DNA of 63,580 nt, counting the filler, from Candidatus Woesearchaeota archaeon (GTDB lineage: Archaea > Nanobdellota > Nanobdellia > Woesearchaeales > CAZJJJ01), in NCBI GenBank assembly GCA_046538795.1. It is 3 parts of 3 records of this genome, joined end to end, with 100 filler letters (N's around TTAATTAATTAA, not from the genome) between each part and the next. Parts side by side here need not be neighbours in the genome. Positions count along the whole stretch, not along the records: positions 43,440 to 63,580 come from JBKHIF010000021.1; 2 more parts are not named here. One strand, given 5' to 3'. Positions within the stretch are counted from its first letter, which is position 1, and every line of letters begins with the position of its first letter. Both the position numbers and the translations under genes were made by a program. Positions 48,199-58,105 of this stretch are shown here, one piece after another. Under the pieces are notes generated by a model. It saw only the letters and a program-made list of their open reading frames with translations, did not search any database and was not told the DNA's origin.

Positions 48199-48912
48199 AT
48201 GACAAAGTCTCTTTACATGGACGACATGTTTCTGAAAGAATTTGATGCAGTGGTCAGATTTGTAAGCGATGGAAAATATATAATTCTTGACCAGACCGCT
48301 TTTTATCCACGTGCAGGAGGAGTGGATCATGATACAGGAAAGATCAAAACAGAAGACGGAAAAGAGTATGATGTTGTTTTTGTCGGAAAATTCAATGGCG
48401 AAATAAGCCATGAAGTTGACAAGCAAGGACTTAAACAAGGAGACAAAGTCCACTGCACACTTGACTGGGAAAGAAGATACAGACTTATGAGATACCACAC
48501 TTCTGCTCATGTATTAAGCGCAGTATTTGCAAAAGATGCAGGAGCTCTTATAACAGGAAACAGCCTAAATACTGAAAAAGGCCGCATTGATTTCAGCCTG
48601 GAAGAATTTGATAAGGAAAAGCTTGGGCAATATTTTGACAAAGCAAACGAGATCATACAAAAAGACTATCCTGTAAAAATTTATAACATGGACAGAAGCG
48701 AAGTTGAAAAAAAGCCAGAGCTTGTGAAACTTGCAAAAGGCCTTCCTCCTAATATAGATGTTTTGAGGATAGTTGATATCTCAGGCTATGATGCCCAGCC
48801 AGATGGAGGCTGCCATGTAAAAAGCCTCAAAGACGTAGGAAATATAGTATATCTTAAGGCAGAAAACAAAGGAGCGAAAAACCGAAGAGTTTATTACACA
48901 CTTGAACCATAG
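48199..48912 (+). CDS. alaXM: Alanyl-tRNA editing protein AlaX-M
   Basis: LDQTAFYP, DWERRYRLMRYHTSAH, DGGCH; start at MTKSLY. Confidence 0.93.
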   Translation: MTKSLYMDDMFLKEFDAVVRFVSDGKYIILDQTAFYPRAGGVDHDTGKIKTEDGKEYDVVFVGKFNGEISHEVDKQGLKQGDKVHCTLDWERRYRLMRYHTSAHVLSAVFAKDAGALITGNSLNTEKGRIDFSLEEFDKEKLGQYFDKANEIIQKDYPVKIYNMDRSEVEKKPELVKLAKGLPPNIDVLRIVDISGYDAQPDGGCHVKSLKDVGNIVYLKAENKGAKNRRVYYTLEP

Positions 48913-49443
48913 GTGATTGACATGTCGATCAATTATTCTATAATAAAAACAAAACTTGGATTTTTTGGACTTGCTTTCAATGATAATGGTATTATCGGAA
49001 CTGTTCTTCCCAAACCAGAAAAGATGGAGGTGCAGATGGAACTTGCAAAAATGTTCAAGAACAGCAAAGAAGAATATCTTGTCCAGAAAAAGCCAGAACC
49101 TAAGATGGAAAAGATATTTCAAAATTATTTTTCAGGAAAAAAAGTTGACCTTACCAACCTTCCTGTGGATGTAACTGGCACAGATTTTGAAAAGAATGTC
49201 TGGGCAGCTTGTCTTGCAATACCTTATGGAGAAGTGAGAAGCTATGGCTGGATTGCTGAAAAGATAAACAGGAAGAAGGCATCTCGTGCTGTAGGAAATG
49301 CTCTTGGAAAAAATCCTGTAGCTCCTATCGTGCCATGTCATCGGGTGATAGGAAATGACAACCTTGGAGGATTTTCTTCCGGGCTTTCTCTTAAAAGAAA
49401 GATGCTTGAACTTGAGCATAGTTCTGGATTCAGGTTGTTTTGA
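48913..49443 (+). CDS. ogt: O6-methylguanine-DNA methyltransferase
   Basis: IPYGEVRSYG, RAVGNA, PCHRV. Confidence 0.95.
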   Translation: MIDMSINYSIIKTKLGFFGLAFNDNGIIGTVLPKPEKMEVQMELAKMFKNSKEEYLVQKKPEPKMEKIFQNYFSGKKVDLTNLPVDVTGTDFEKNVWAACLAIPYGEVRSYGWIAEKINRKKASRAVGNALGKNPVAPIVPCHRVIGNDNLGGFSSGLSLKRKMLELEHSSGFRLF

Positions 49444-49531
49444 CAGATATCTCGCTGAAAGCATTTCTATTTAATTCAATTATTTAATATTTTTAACAAG
49501 TTTTTTATATATATTTAAGTTATTATTTTGC

Positions 49532-50182
49532 ATGGTTGGGGGAAATTTGAAGAAATCTTTAGTGGATATAGTATTGGTTGCAGCAGCTGCATTGTCTCTT
49601 TCAACATGTAGTAATCCTTTGAATTATAAAGATAATGATCAGATTACGCAGGAAGAGCCAGGCACAAATCAGCCAGATTATCCTGCAAGAGCAGTACTTC
49701 AACCAGAGGAATATCAGGAGGTACTTGATGCCAATGTTTCAGGTCATTATGCTCATTATATTCCTGAAGATGAAATTAAACTTGCCTGGGATGACGATGA
49801 ACCCGCATTTATTTATAATATATATTATAAGCCGTTGGAAGAAAAAGATAACCCTTATGCGTGGTCAAGGATGAACAGATCATCCATGAAAAGTTATACT
49901 TTACCTGAAGTTCCTCAAGGTATATACATCTTTGGTGTTTCCTCTGTTAATTCATTGAATGTGGAATCAGAAATCCATTCGTCTCTGGATCCAGATGCAT
50001 CTAGGGGTGAACACATAGGTTTGGGTTCATGGTATGTTGTAAGGATGTTCCATCCGGTTGATACTGATCAAAGTCGTTATGTTTCAGCAGATGAGATGCG
50101 ATCATACATAGATGATTTTCAAGATGGAGAAGTGACGCTTGCAAATCTGGTAATTGCATGCGACATATATAATAGTCAGTGA
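49532..50182 (+). CDS. Putative lipoprotein: FN3-like domain plus C-terminal EF-hand/dockerin-like module
   Basis: LSTC lipobox-like; LAWD..YNIYY..YIFGVSSVN..ES; HPVDTDQSRYVSADEM. Confidence 0.65.
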   Translation: MVGGNLKKSLVDIVLVAAAALSLSTCSNPLNYKDNDQITQEEPGTNQPDYPARAVLQPEEYQEVLDANVSGHYAHYIPEDEIKLAWDDDEPAFIYNIYYKPLEEKDNPYAWSRMNRSSMKSYTLPEVPQGIYIFGVSSVNSLNVESEIHSSLDPDASRGEHIGLGSWYVVRMFHPVDTDQSRYVSADEMRSYIDDFQDGEVTLANLVIACDIYNSQ

Positions 50183-50186
50183 TAAC

Positions 50187-51467
50187 GTGAAAAAGATTAT
50201 TTTTATGGGAATTTTTGTATTGTTATTATCTGCTGCATACGCAGCAGAATATGATTGCTCAAGCTGTGATGACTGTAACAGCACTATACAAGAAGCTGTT
50301 TCAGGAGATGTGATATCCTTGACGCAGGATATCAGTAAGGCTTTTGGTAGATGTATTGAAATTGGTCTTTCTGGGATAACTCTTGACTGCCATGATCACA
50401 CAATAGGTGGGCTGGGAAACCAGAACTATCGTCATGAAGGGATACATGTGACAGGAAATGACAATACCATACAAAACTGCAATATTGAAGGTTTTCTTAC
50501 AGGAGTAAATCTCGAAGGTGCTGATGACAACACTATAACATCTATAACATCAACAGGAAGCGAGACATCTTTATTTCTTAATCAAGGATCAGGAAATACT
50601 ATTGAAAATTCAGTACTTGATAATCTCAAATTAGGCTTATCGCAAGAAATACATTGCAGCAATATCATTGAAAATGTGCTTGATACTGAAAATAAGCCTT
50701 TTGAATTCATAACCGAAACAGAAACAATTATAGAACAAGAATTTTCTTCGTTGATATTATGTGATGCTGATGGAGCTTATTTATCTTCCATAGAAACTAA
50801 CTTGCTAAGCATATACTATACAGATAATTCTGATCTATCCGGCATAACAACAAACGGAATGTCGATATCTCATTCAGCAAACATTGTTCTTGATAATATA
50901 GAATCTGTGAACTCTGGATATGGTATTTTCATAAGCGATTCAGATAATGTCTTGATTTCAAATACAGTACTAAGCAATAACCAATGGGCTGGTATAAGAC
51001 TTAACACATGTACAGACATAGTGATAAGGGATTCAGAAATTACAGACAATGACCTTGGATTTTTTTTCAGTGCTTCGGATGAGATAAAAATATTCAACAA
51101 CAGGATAGGAAATATCGAAGAAACTTATTCATCACATTCAAATTCAGATATATACTGGAATACTACTCTTGATCCTTCAGAAAGAAGCATAACAGGAGGG
51201 TGGCTAGGTGGAAATTACTGGGAAGGATTCTCAGAAACGTGTGATGATATTAATGAAGATGGAATTTGTGATAGCTCATATGAATTGGATTATCTTCCTC
51301 TTACTGATTATGAAGTTGTTTGTGAAACAAGTGCAGATACAGATGGAAATAATAAGATCGATATGGAAGAACTTATGGCATACATAATCCTTTGGAAACA
51401 AGGAAATATTTCTATGCCTGATTTGATGAGAGCAATAGCATTCTGGAAAGCAGGGGTGGGGTGTTAG
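50187..51467 (+). CDS. Secreted right-handed beta-helix (NosD/CASH) protein with C-terminal dockerin-like module
   Basis: Signal peptide, ITLDC, NTI.N repeats, GGNYW, ADTDGNNKIDMEEL...WKQG...WK. Confidence 0.8.
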   Translation: MKKIIFMGIFVLLLSAAYAAEYDCSSCDDCNSTIQEAVSGDVISLTQDISKAFGRCIEIGLSGITLDCHDHTIGGLGNQNYRHEGIHVTGNDNTIQNCNIEGFLTGVNLEGADDNTITSITSTGSETSLFLNQGSGNTIENSVLDNLKLGLSQEIHCSNIIENVLDTENKPFEFITETETIIEQEFSSLILCDADGAYLSSIETNLLSIYYTDNSDLSGITTNGMSISHSANIVLDNIESVNSGYGIFISDSDNVLISNTVLSNNQWAGIRLNTCTDIVIRDSEITDNDLGFFFSASDEIKIFNNRIGNIEETYSSHSNSDIYWNTTLDPSERSITGGWLGGNYWEGFSETCDDINEDGICDSSYELDYLPLTDYEVVCETSADTDGNNKIDMEELMAYIILWKQGNISMPDLMRAIAFWKAGVGC

Positions 51468-51468
51468 T

Positions 51469-51927
51469 ATGAAAACGTTTTTGTTGAGTTTGTTTGCAGT
51501 GTTGCTTGTTTCTGCTGTTATGGCTGATTCAGGCATAGAAAGGATAATGCCTGCTCAGGCAGAAAGATGTTCTAATGTAGAAATTGAAATCATAGTTTCT
51601 GTGGATGAAGATACCTTTTATGCAATTGATGAAGAAATTCCTTCTGGGTGGGATATTGATGATCCTGGCTTGGCAGATGAGACACAAGAAAATCATCTTA
51701 AATGGCTTGTGCTTTCAGGAGCAGAAGATATAAACTATAAGTATAGATTAAATGCACCTTGTAATAATTTTGGAATTCATGAATTCAATGGCAAATACAT
51801 GTTCGGATCAGATTCAGAAAGCAGCACACTTTTTGGCACAATCGAAATTGTACCTGAAGATTGTTCATATTCAAAATGTATTGGGGAGGATCCTTTGAAA
51901 GGGATTGATCCTGTTGTGTGGGAATAA
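51469..51927 (+). CDS. Secreted Ig/cohesin-like domain protein
   Basis: Signal peptide; FYAIDEEIP...HLKW...Y.Y...F.GKYMF module. Confidence 0.65.
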   Translation: MKTFLLSLFAVLLVSAVMADSGIERIMPAQAERCSNVEIEIIVSVDEDTFYAIDEEIPSGWDIDDPGLADETQENHLKWLVLSGAEDINYKYRLNAPCNNFGIHEFNGKYMFGSDSESSTLFGTIEIVPEDCSYSKCIGEDPLKGIDPVVWE

Positions 51928-53591
51928 AAGTGAAACAGATAATAATATTTTTATTGTTGCTCATGGCAGTTTCTGTATATGGTTCAGATGTTACAAGAAC
52001 AATCTTAAGAGATGGAAATGACCTTACTGTTTTTCTTGAAGTTTCTATCGAAAATAATGAGACATTTTATTCTATTGATGAAACTTATCCTTGTGAAATT
52101 AAAGATGTTTCTCATCATGGCGACATTACTGAAGAAAGCCATGTGAAGTGGCTATTTTTTTCAAAATCATCTTTAGAAATTGTTAATGTAACATATAACT
52201 ACACCCTTGACTGTGGACTTGGAAAACATAATTTTTCAGGAATATATATGTTTGAGTTTGACATAGAAGAAAACATTATTCAGGGTAATTCATCTGTTGC
52301 TTTAAAAAAACCTGCAGAATCTCCTGAGATAAAAAACAAAGTAAAAGGCAACATATCAAACATTACAACAAACATTAACCTCTCGATGGAAATTGCAAAT
52401 ATTTCTGAAAATTTAAGTGAACCGACAGAAATAATGTTTCGCCAAGAAGATGAAGTAATAGTTGAATTCACGTTTGATTTTTCAAGATACAACCTTTCAT
52501 TGGAAAATATCTCTTTGGAAAAGCAGGACGATGAAGATTTTGGATTCCTGATAATCTCAAATCTGGATATTAAAAATTCTGAAAAAACAATTTATCTGGA
52601 TAACATAAATGGAAACAGAGTATGCATAATAGACAAAAATCATGTAACTCTTTCTGATTTTACTGAAAATTGTTCCTCTGAACAAGAAAAATCTTTAATA
52701 TGCAATGGTGTTGAAAGTGAAGGATATACTTGTACAAAACAAGGTAGCCGTTTCAAGGTCAAAGGACTCAAGCATTCTGCTGTGAAGGAGTATATCTATG
52801 AAACTTATGATAATGATTCAAGTTCAGGAGATGATAATCAAGATGATGGCTCTGATGATACAGGATCATCAAGAAAAAGATCTAATACAGGAGGGGGTTC
52901 GGGAGGAGATATATATATTTCACAAACAGATGATGATTATCCCGACTCAGCCGATATCCTGAGCTATTTTATTCCCTCTATCCGATCAAGTTATAATAAA
53001 AGTATATTTTCAAATAAGATTCCCCTTAATTCAGTAAACATTAAAGTGTTGGATGAAGTTAAGAATATTGATCTTGAAATCATAATATTTAATGAAAATT
53101 CTTATGATACAGATGAAAATGAATATGTTTTGTATTTTTTTAAGATTAAATCAAACATTGATGATTCTTTGGTAGGTGGTCTTGATATTCATTTTTATGG
53201 ACATAATACTGGAGAAAAGCATGTACTCAAGGCAAATATTGAAGATAAGTGGATAAATCTAAATTCAGAGATTACAAGAAAAGATGATGATTATAAATAT
53301 TATAAAGCAGAATCTGCCAGATTCACTGAGTTCGTGCTCATATCTGAAAAAGAAAAAAATGCTTTCAAAGATGATTTTGGTGAAAAAAAAGACCGAATAA
53401 CAGGTGATGTGACAGAAGATGTAAATTCTTCTAAAAATAATGGGTATGGTCATAATAATTCTGTCATTGACCAGAATCATTATGAAATCAAGAATTATAA
53501 TTTTATTTTTGTAATAAGTGCGTTGATATTAGGTATTGTTCTTGCAGGAATATTATTATATAAGAAAGTTAATAATAGCAATACTGATTAG
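51918..53591 (+). CDS. Membrane-anchored surface protein (Ig/cohesin-like N-terminus, PGF-pre-PGF-like domain, C-terminal TM)
   Basis: FYSIDETYP...HVKW...FSGIYMF module; GGGSGG linker; YYKAESARFTEF; terminal TM plus KK. Confidence 0.7.
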   Translation: MGIKVKQIIIFLLLLMAVSVYGSDVTRTILRDGNDLTVFLEVSIENNETFYSIDETYPCEIKDVSHHGDITEESHVKWLFFSKSSLEIVNVTYNYTLDCGLGKHNFSGIYMFEFDIEENIIQGNSSVALKKPAESPEIKNKVKGNISNITTNINLSMEIANISENLSEPTEIMFRQEDEVIVEFTFDFSRYNLSLENISLEKQDDEDFGFLIISNLDIKNSEKTIYLDNINGNRVCIIDKNHVTLSDFTENCSSEQEKSLICNGVESEGYTCTKQGSRFKVKGLKHSAVKEYIYETYDNDSSSGDDNQDDGSDDTGSSRKRSNTGGGSGGDIYISQTDDDYPDSADILSYFIPSIRSSYNKSIFSNKIPLNSVNIKVLDEVKNIDLEIIIFNENSYDTDENEYVLYFFKIKSNIDDSLVGGLDIHFYGHNTGEKHVLKANIEDKWINLNSEITRKDDDYKYYKAESARFTEFVLISEKEKNAFKDDFGEKKDRITGDVTEDVNSSKNNGYGHNNSVIDQNHYEIKNYNFIFVISALILGIVLAGILLYKKVNNSNTD

Positions 53592-53633
53592 GTTTTTGTT
53601 TTTTTTATGTCAAGCTAATTAAGATGATTTATT

Positions 53634-54146
53634 ATGAAAAGGCTGTTGTTTATCTTGCTGCTTTTGGCAGTTCCTGTCTTAGGTTCAGATGTTACTAGGA
53701 CAATTGTGGAAAATGAAAATAATCTTACTGTATTTCTGAATGTAAGCATAGATAATCAGGAAACTTTTTATTCTATAGATGAAACATATCCATGCCAGAT
53801 CATGAATACGTCAGGTGATCTTACTCAGGAGATGCATGTAAAATGGGTGGTAATAGAGAATGCCTCAAATACCAGTTACAATTATTCTATAAGATGCAAT
53901 CACGAAGAATACAATTTTTCAGGAATATATATGTTTGAGTATGATACACAAGAAAAATTTATCTCAGGAGTAGATTATATTAATTTGTCTATTCCTGCAA
54001 ACCAAAAAATACATGATGCCGATATTGATGAAAATGGCATAATAAGTACTCAAGAGATAACTGCATACATTGTATCATGGAAAACCAGTTATGAAATTTC
54101 TTTGCATGAACTTATTACAGCAGTTGAGATCTGGAAGAGTAACTGA
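53634..54146 (+). CDS. Secreted Ig/cohesin-like plus dockerin-like two-module protein
   Basis: FYSIDETYP...HVKW...FSGIYMF followed by HDADIDENGIISTQEI...WK...WK. Confidence 0.7.
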   Translation: MKRLLFILLLLAVPVLGSDVTRTIVENENNLTVFLNVSIDNQETFYSIDETYPCQIMNTSGDLTQEMHVKWVVIENASNTSYNYSIRCNHEEYNFSGIYMFEYDTQEKFISGVDYINLSIPANQKIHDADIDENGIISTQEITAYIVSWKTSYEISLHELITAVEIWKSN

Positions 54147-54223
54147 AATTTCTTTATGTTTTTTAATCGAAAGATATAAATATGGCTTTTCTCATAAATT
54201 ACTTTTAAAAGAGGTGCACTTGA

Positions 54224-55138
54224 TTGAATCTGAAAAAATTTAGCATGTTGCTTTTCATAATCGGAGTACTTATATCTGTCTTTTCAGGTTCTTTTGAAAT
54301 AGTGCAGGATATGCGGGTTGTAAAGGTCGTATTTCTTATATTCCTTGGCGTGATAATAGGACTTCTTAATGTTAATGAAGATCAGGAAACAGATTTTCTT
54401 ATAGCCTGCATCGCATTCATAATAGGATCTCAGGCCATTATATCAGTCATGCAAAACCTACATCTCTTGAATAATTTAGGGATAATGCTTACAAATCTAA
54501 TGATATTCATATCTCCTGCCGCAGTCATAATCGGCCTTAAGAAAATTTTTATGTTCGCTTCAGAATCTGATGTTGATCTAAGAATAGATCCGCCTAAAAA
54601 GATTGAAAAGAATAAGCTTGAGCAGTTTTGGGATATTGTTCTTCTAGTATCAATATCTTTTGTATTCATAATACTTATACTTGACTCGAGTTTCTTTGAT
54701 GTGTCTAATATAAGAGAGTTCATAGATACTACTGATTTTGTGATAAACATAATATTTGTGATAGACCTGGTTGTTCTTTATAGGAAGTCAAGAGGGTTTG
54801 TTGATTTTCTAAAAATAAACTGGATAGATGTAATCGCAGTCATACCTCTTGGTTCTTTATTCAGGGTTGCAAAAGTCATAAGAGCAGTAAGGATAGTAAA
54901 GATTCTTTCAAGAGGAAGCAAGGTATCAAGAATTGCCAAAGTTTCGTCCTCTACTGTAAAGACAAACAGGTTTTTCAAATTCTTTTCAAATAATTCAGGT
55001 TTCAATAAATATGTTGATTATGATGATTCTGGCAAGACATCAGTAAAAAAAGCAAAAGATAAGAAAGCATCGAAAAAAACAACTAAGAGATCACCTAAAT
55101 CCAAGAAGAAGTCCTTCGCCAGAAAGGCAAAAAAATGA
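54224..55138 (+). CDS. Membrane protein with voltage-sensor-like (S1-S4) domain and no pore
   Basis: IFVIDL, NWIDVIAVIP, RVAKVIRAVRIVK; no TVGYG filter; Lys-rich tail. Confidence 0.7.
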   Translation: MNLKKFSMLLFIIGVLISVFSGSFEIVQDMRVVKVVFLIFLGVIIGLLNVNEDQETDFLIACIAFIIGSQAIISVMQNLHLLNNLGIMLTNLMIFISPAAVIIGLKKIFMFASESDVDLRIDPPKKIEKNKLEQFWDIVLLVSISFVFIILILDSSFFDVSNIREFIDTTDFVINIIFVIDLVVLYRKSRGFVDFLKINWIDVIAVIPLGSLFRVAKVIRAVRIVKILSRGSKVSRIAKVSSSTVKTNRFFKFFSNNSGFNKYVDYDDSGKTSVKKAKDKKASKKTTKRSPKSKKKSFARKAKK

Positions 55139-55188
55139 AAACTGCCTTTTTATTCTGGATTCCATAAAACAAATCTGACATTTAGAAA

Positions 55189-56355
55189 ATGAAATCAAAA
55201 AATGCTCCTCCATGGTACAGCCTCTCTCGATTTAAGCTTCTTGGGGCAATGTTTACATTAGTTGGGACAATAATAGGTGCAGGGGTTTTGGGAATACCAT
55301 ATGTAATAGCTCAGTCTGGATTCTGGCTGGGCATAATGGTAATCTTTTTTGTTGCTTTTCTTCTCTACATAATTTATCTTTATACAGGAGAGATTGTATT
55401 AAGGACAAAAGGAAAACACCAGCTTCCCGGATATGCAGGAATATACTTAGGAAAATGGGGTCAGAGAGGGATGTCTGTAGCTCTCACGCTAAGCATTTAT
55501 GGTTCGTTAGTTGCATATATCTTTGCAGGAGGAGAATCCCTAAGAAGCCTTTTAGGAGGAATAATAGATATTCCATCATGGGCATTCAGCATAGCTTTTT
55601 TCATGGTGCTGTCAGCCATAATTTTCTTTGATATAAATACGCTGTCTGAATCAGAAATATCTGTATCTTCGCTTTTGATCATAGCTGTACTTGTAATATT
55701 CCTTTTTTCAGCAGGACATATAAATCCTTCAAATTACACTGGTTTTGATGTCAAGAATTTCTTTTTGCCTTATGGTGTTGTGCTTTTTGCATTCTTGGGT
55801 TTTGTAGGTATTCCAGAAGCTTCAGAGATACTAGGTAGAAAGAAGAAAAAACTTAAGTTTGCAATACTGCTGGGGATATTTGTACCTTTGGTAATATATC
55901 TTATTTTTGCATTTACAATCATAGGTATGATGGGAGCAAACACTCAAGAGTTAGGCACTATAGGAATTGAGGCTCTGATTGGCGCAAAGGGGATAATTAT
56001 CGGAAATCTTTTCATGCTTTTTGCAATATCTACTTCTTTTTTGGCATTGGGATTTGGCCTAAAGGAATATTATTACTTTGATAAGAAATTCAGCAATATA
56101 AAGTCTTGGTCAATAGTATGTATCGTTCCATTTATTGCATATTTTTTAGTGAGATTATGGGCATCATTTACAGACGTGTTGGCATTCAGCGCAATAATAT
56201 TTGGCGGAGCTCAGGCTATAATCGTAATCCTTACTGCTCTTCGTGCGCAAAAATTGGGAAAAAGAAAACCTGAATACGTTGTTCCCATAAATCCTGTTAT
56301 AGCGACAGTCCTTATAGGATTCATTGTTGCAGGAATGCTAAGCCTCATATTTTAA
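55189..56355 (+). CDS. Amino acid permease (HAAAP/aromatic amino acid family)
   Basis: GTIIGAGVLGIP, YGVVLFAF, TSFL. Confidence 0.9.
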   Translation: MKSKNAPPWYSLSRFKLLGAMFTLVGTIIGAGVLGIPYVIAQSGFWLGIMVIFFVAFLLYIIYLYTGEIVLRTKGKHQLPGYAGIYLGKWGQRGMSVALTLSIYGSLVAYIFAGGESLRSLLGGIIDIPSWAFSIAFFMVLSAIIFFDINTLSESEISVSSLLIIAVLVIFLFSAGHINPSNYTGFDVKNFFLPYGVVLFAFLGFVGIPEASEILGRKKKKLKFAILLGIFVPLVIYLIFAFTIIGMMGANTQELGTIGIEALIGAKGIIIGNLFMLFAISTSFLALGFGLKEYYYFDKKFSNIKSWSIVCIVPFIAYFLVRLWASFTDVLAFSAIIFGGAQAIIVILTALRAQKLGKRKPEYVVPINPVIATVLIGFIVAGMLSLIF

Positions 56356-56379
56356 AATGCCAAATAATTTTTAAATAGA

Positions 56380-57162
56380 TTGATCATTCTTTTTTGCATG
56401 AAGAAAAAGACGATAACGAACATCTGCTTTTTTGTTCTTGTAATCTCATTTTCTGTACTTTTGGTAACTTCATCTATACTCAATTCAGTATATGATCTTT
56501 CCTTCTATGAAAAACAGTTTGATTCTCTGGAAAAAGTGAGAGCTGTAAATCCCTTTGAAAAAACTCTCATGGTACTTTGTTATTTTGAAAATGACAATGA
56601 GTATATAGACCAGTCATCAGTCGTTTTTCTTGATGAAAAATTTGAATCTGGTGAGATTGAGCATCTAAAAGATGTGAAACTTGTCTTTTTTGTAATCTCT
56701 TTTGCATATGATGTGAGCCTTATTGTTTCCATAATCACCTTAGGGCTTGCTCTCTTCATGATATTTTTCCACGGCAAAAAAGAGAAACAGGGTTATTTTT
56801 TGAGGAAATTCTTTCTGAAAAGCCTTGGGTATTCAGGAATACTTGTAATCCTTGTTTTTGGAATATTGGGACTTGGAGCTTATTTCAGCTATGATTTTAT
56901 TTTTGACAAGCTCCACGAACTATTATTTAGAGATGGTTCTTGGATCTTTTCAGAAAACAGTCTTTTGATAAAACTTTATCCATACCAGTTTTTCAATAAT
57001 TTTTTCTGGAAGATAATAAAAGATTTATTTTTGAGAGTTGGACTTCTTTTAGTGCTTTGGATCCTTATGCTGTTTGAATTCATAATGTATGTGAACAGGC
57101 TTGCTTTTCAAAAAACCATGGAACAAAAGAAAAAGATGACCAAACAATTTCAGGATGAATGA
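56380..57162 (+). CDS. DUF1461/TIGR01906 (Lit-like) membrane protein
   Basis: EIEHLKDVK and FDKLHELLF..GSWIF...LLIKLYPYQFF. Confidence 0.75.
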   Translation: MIILFCMKKKTITNICFFVLVISFSVLLVTSSILNSVYDLSFYEKQFDSLEKVRAVNPFEKTLMVLCYFENDNEYIDQSSVVFLDEKFESGEIEHLKDVKLVFFVISFAYDVSLIVSIITLGLALFMIFFHGKKEKQGYFLRKFFLKSLGYSGILVILVFGILGLGAYFSYDFIFDKLHELLFRDGSWIFSENSLLIKLYPYQFFNNFFWKIIKDLFLRVGLLLVLWILMLFEFIMYVNRLAFQKTMEQKKKMTKQFQDE

Positions 57163-57209
57163 TTTTTCTAAGCTAAAATTTATATAAGATTTCTTCCAAA
57201 AAGTGAGAT

Positions 57210-58052
57210 ATGAATAATTTTTATAAACTGAACATAAGAAATTCAGAAAGCCATAAAGGAGAAAATGGCCGCGTGCTTGTTATTGCAGGCAGCAAAAAAT
57301 ATCCCGGAGCAGGCCTGATAGCATCTGAAGCTGGATTAAGATCCGGAGCTGACCTTGTTTATCTCATGGCACCTAGGTTTGTTACAGACAAGATAATTAA
57401 TCCTTCAATAATACCTGTACCTTTGCAGGGAGATCATCTTGAAAGAAAGCATATTGTAAAATTTTCAGAAATATCTAAAAATATCGACTCTGTTGTAATA
57501 GGTCCGGGAATTACTGAAAGTTCAGGAGTCAAGACCTTTATATCAGAATTTTTAATAAGAAACAAGCTTCCTGTAGTTATAGATGCTGACGCTTTGAAAC
57601 TAATCTCTCTTTCACAACTTTCAAAGATGAAAAATGTAATGCTAACACCTCACAAGAAAGAGTTCATGAAATTATTCAAGCAGGAAGCAAACATAAAAAG
57701 GTGCAGAGAAAGAGCTTCCTTTGAAAAAAATATTGTCATATGCCTTAAAGGAAAAGAAGATTATGTTACAGATGAAAAACACATCTATATAAACAAATCA
57801 GGAAATGCCGGATTAACAGTCGGAGGGACAGGAGACACTCTCGCAGGTATGATAGGATCATTCATAGCCCAGGGAAATTCATTGTATCAGTCAGCAAAAA
57901 CCGGTGTCTATGTTCTTGGAAAGACAGGAGATAAATTATTCAGCAAATATGGATATAATTACACAGTAAAAGAAATACTTGAAATTTTACCAAAAGAAGT
58001 GAAGAGATTTAATTCTCCCCAAATAAATTTCTTCAAGAAAATCATTGGATAG
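57210..58052 (+). CDS. nnrD: ADP-dependent NAD(P)H-hydrate dehydratase
   Basis: SHKGENG, AGSKKYPGA, IGPG, IDADAL, LTPH, GGTGDTLAG. Confidence 0.93.
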   Translation: MNNFYKLNIRNSESHKGENGRVLVIAGSKKYPGAGLIASEAGLRSGADLVYLMAPRFVTDKIINPSIIPVPLQGDHLERKHIVKFSEISKNIDSVVIGPGITESSGVKTFISEFLIRNKLPVVIDADALKLISLSQLSKMKNVMLTPHKKEFMKLFKQEANIKRCRERASFEKNIVICLKGKEDYVTDEKHIYINKSGNAGLTVGGTGDTLAGMIGSFIAQGNSLYQSAKTGVYVLGKTGDKLFSKYGYNYTVKEILEILPKEVKRFNSPQINFFKKIIG

Positions 58053-58105
58053 CTTAATTCCATAAAACAAAAACTATTTATTCTTTCATTTAATCCAATT
58101 AGTCC

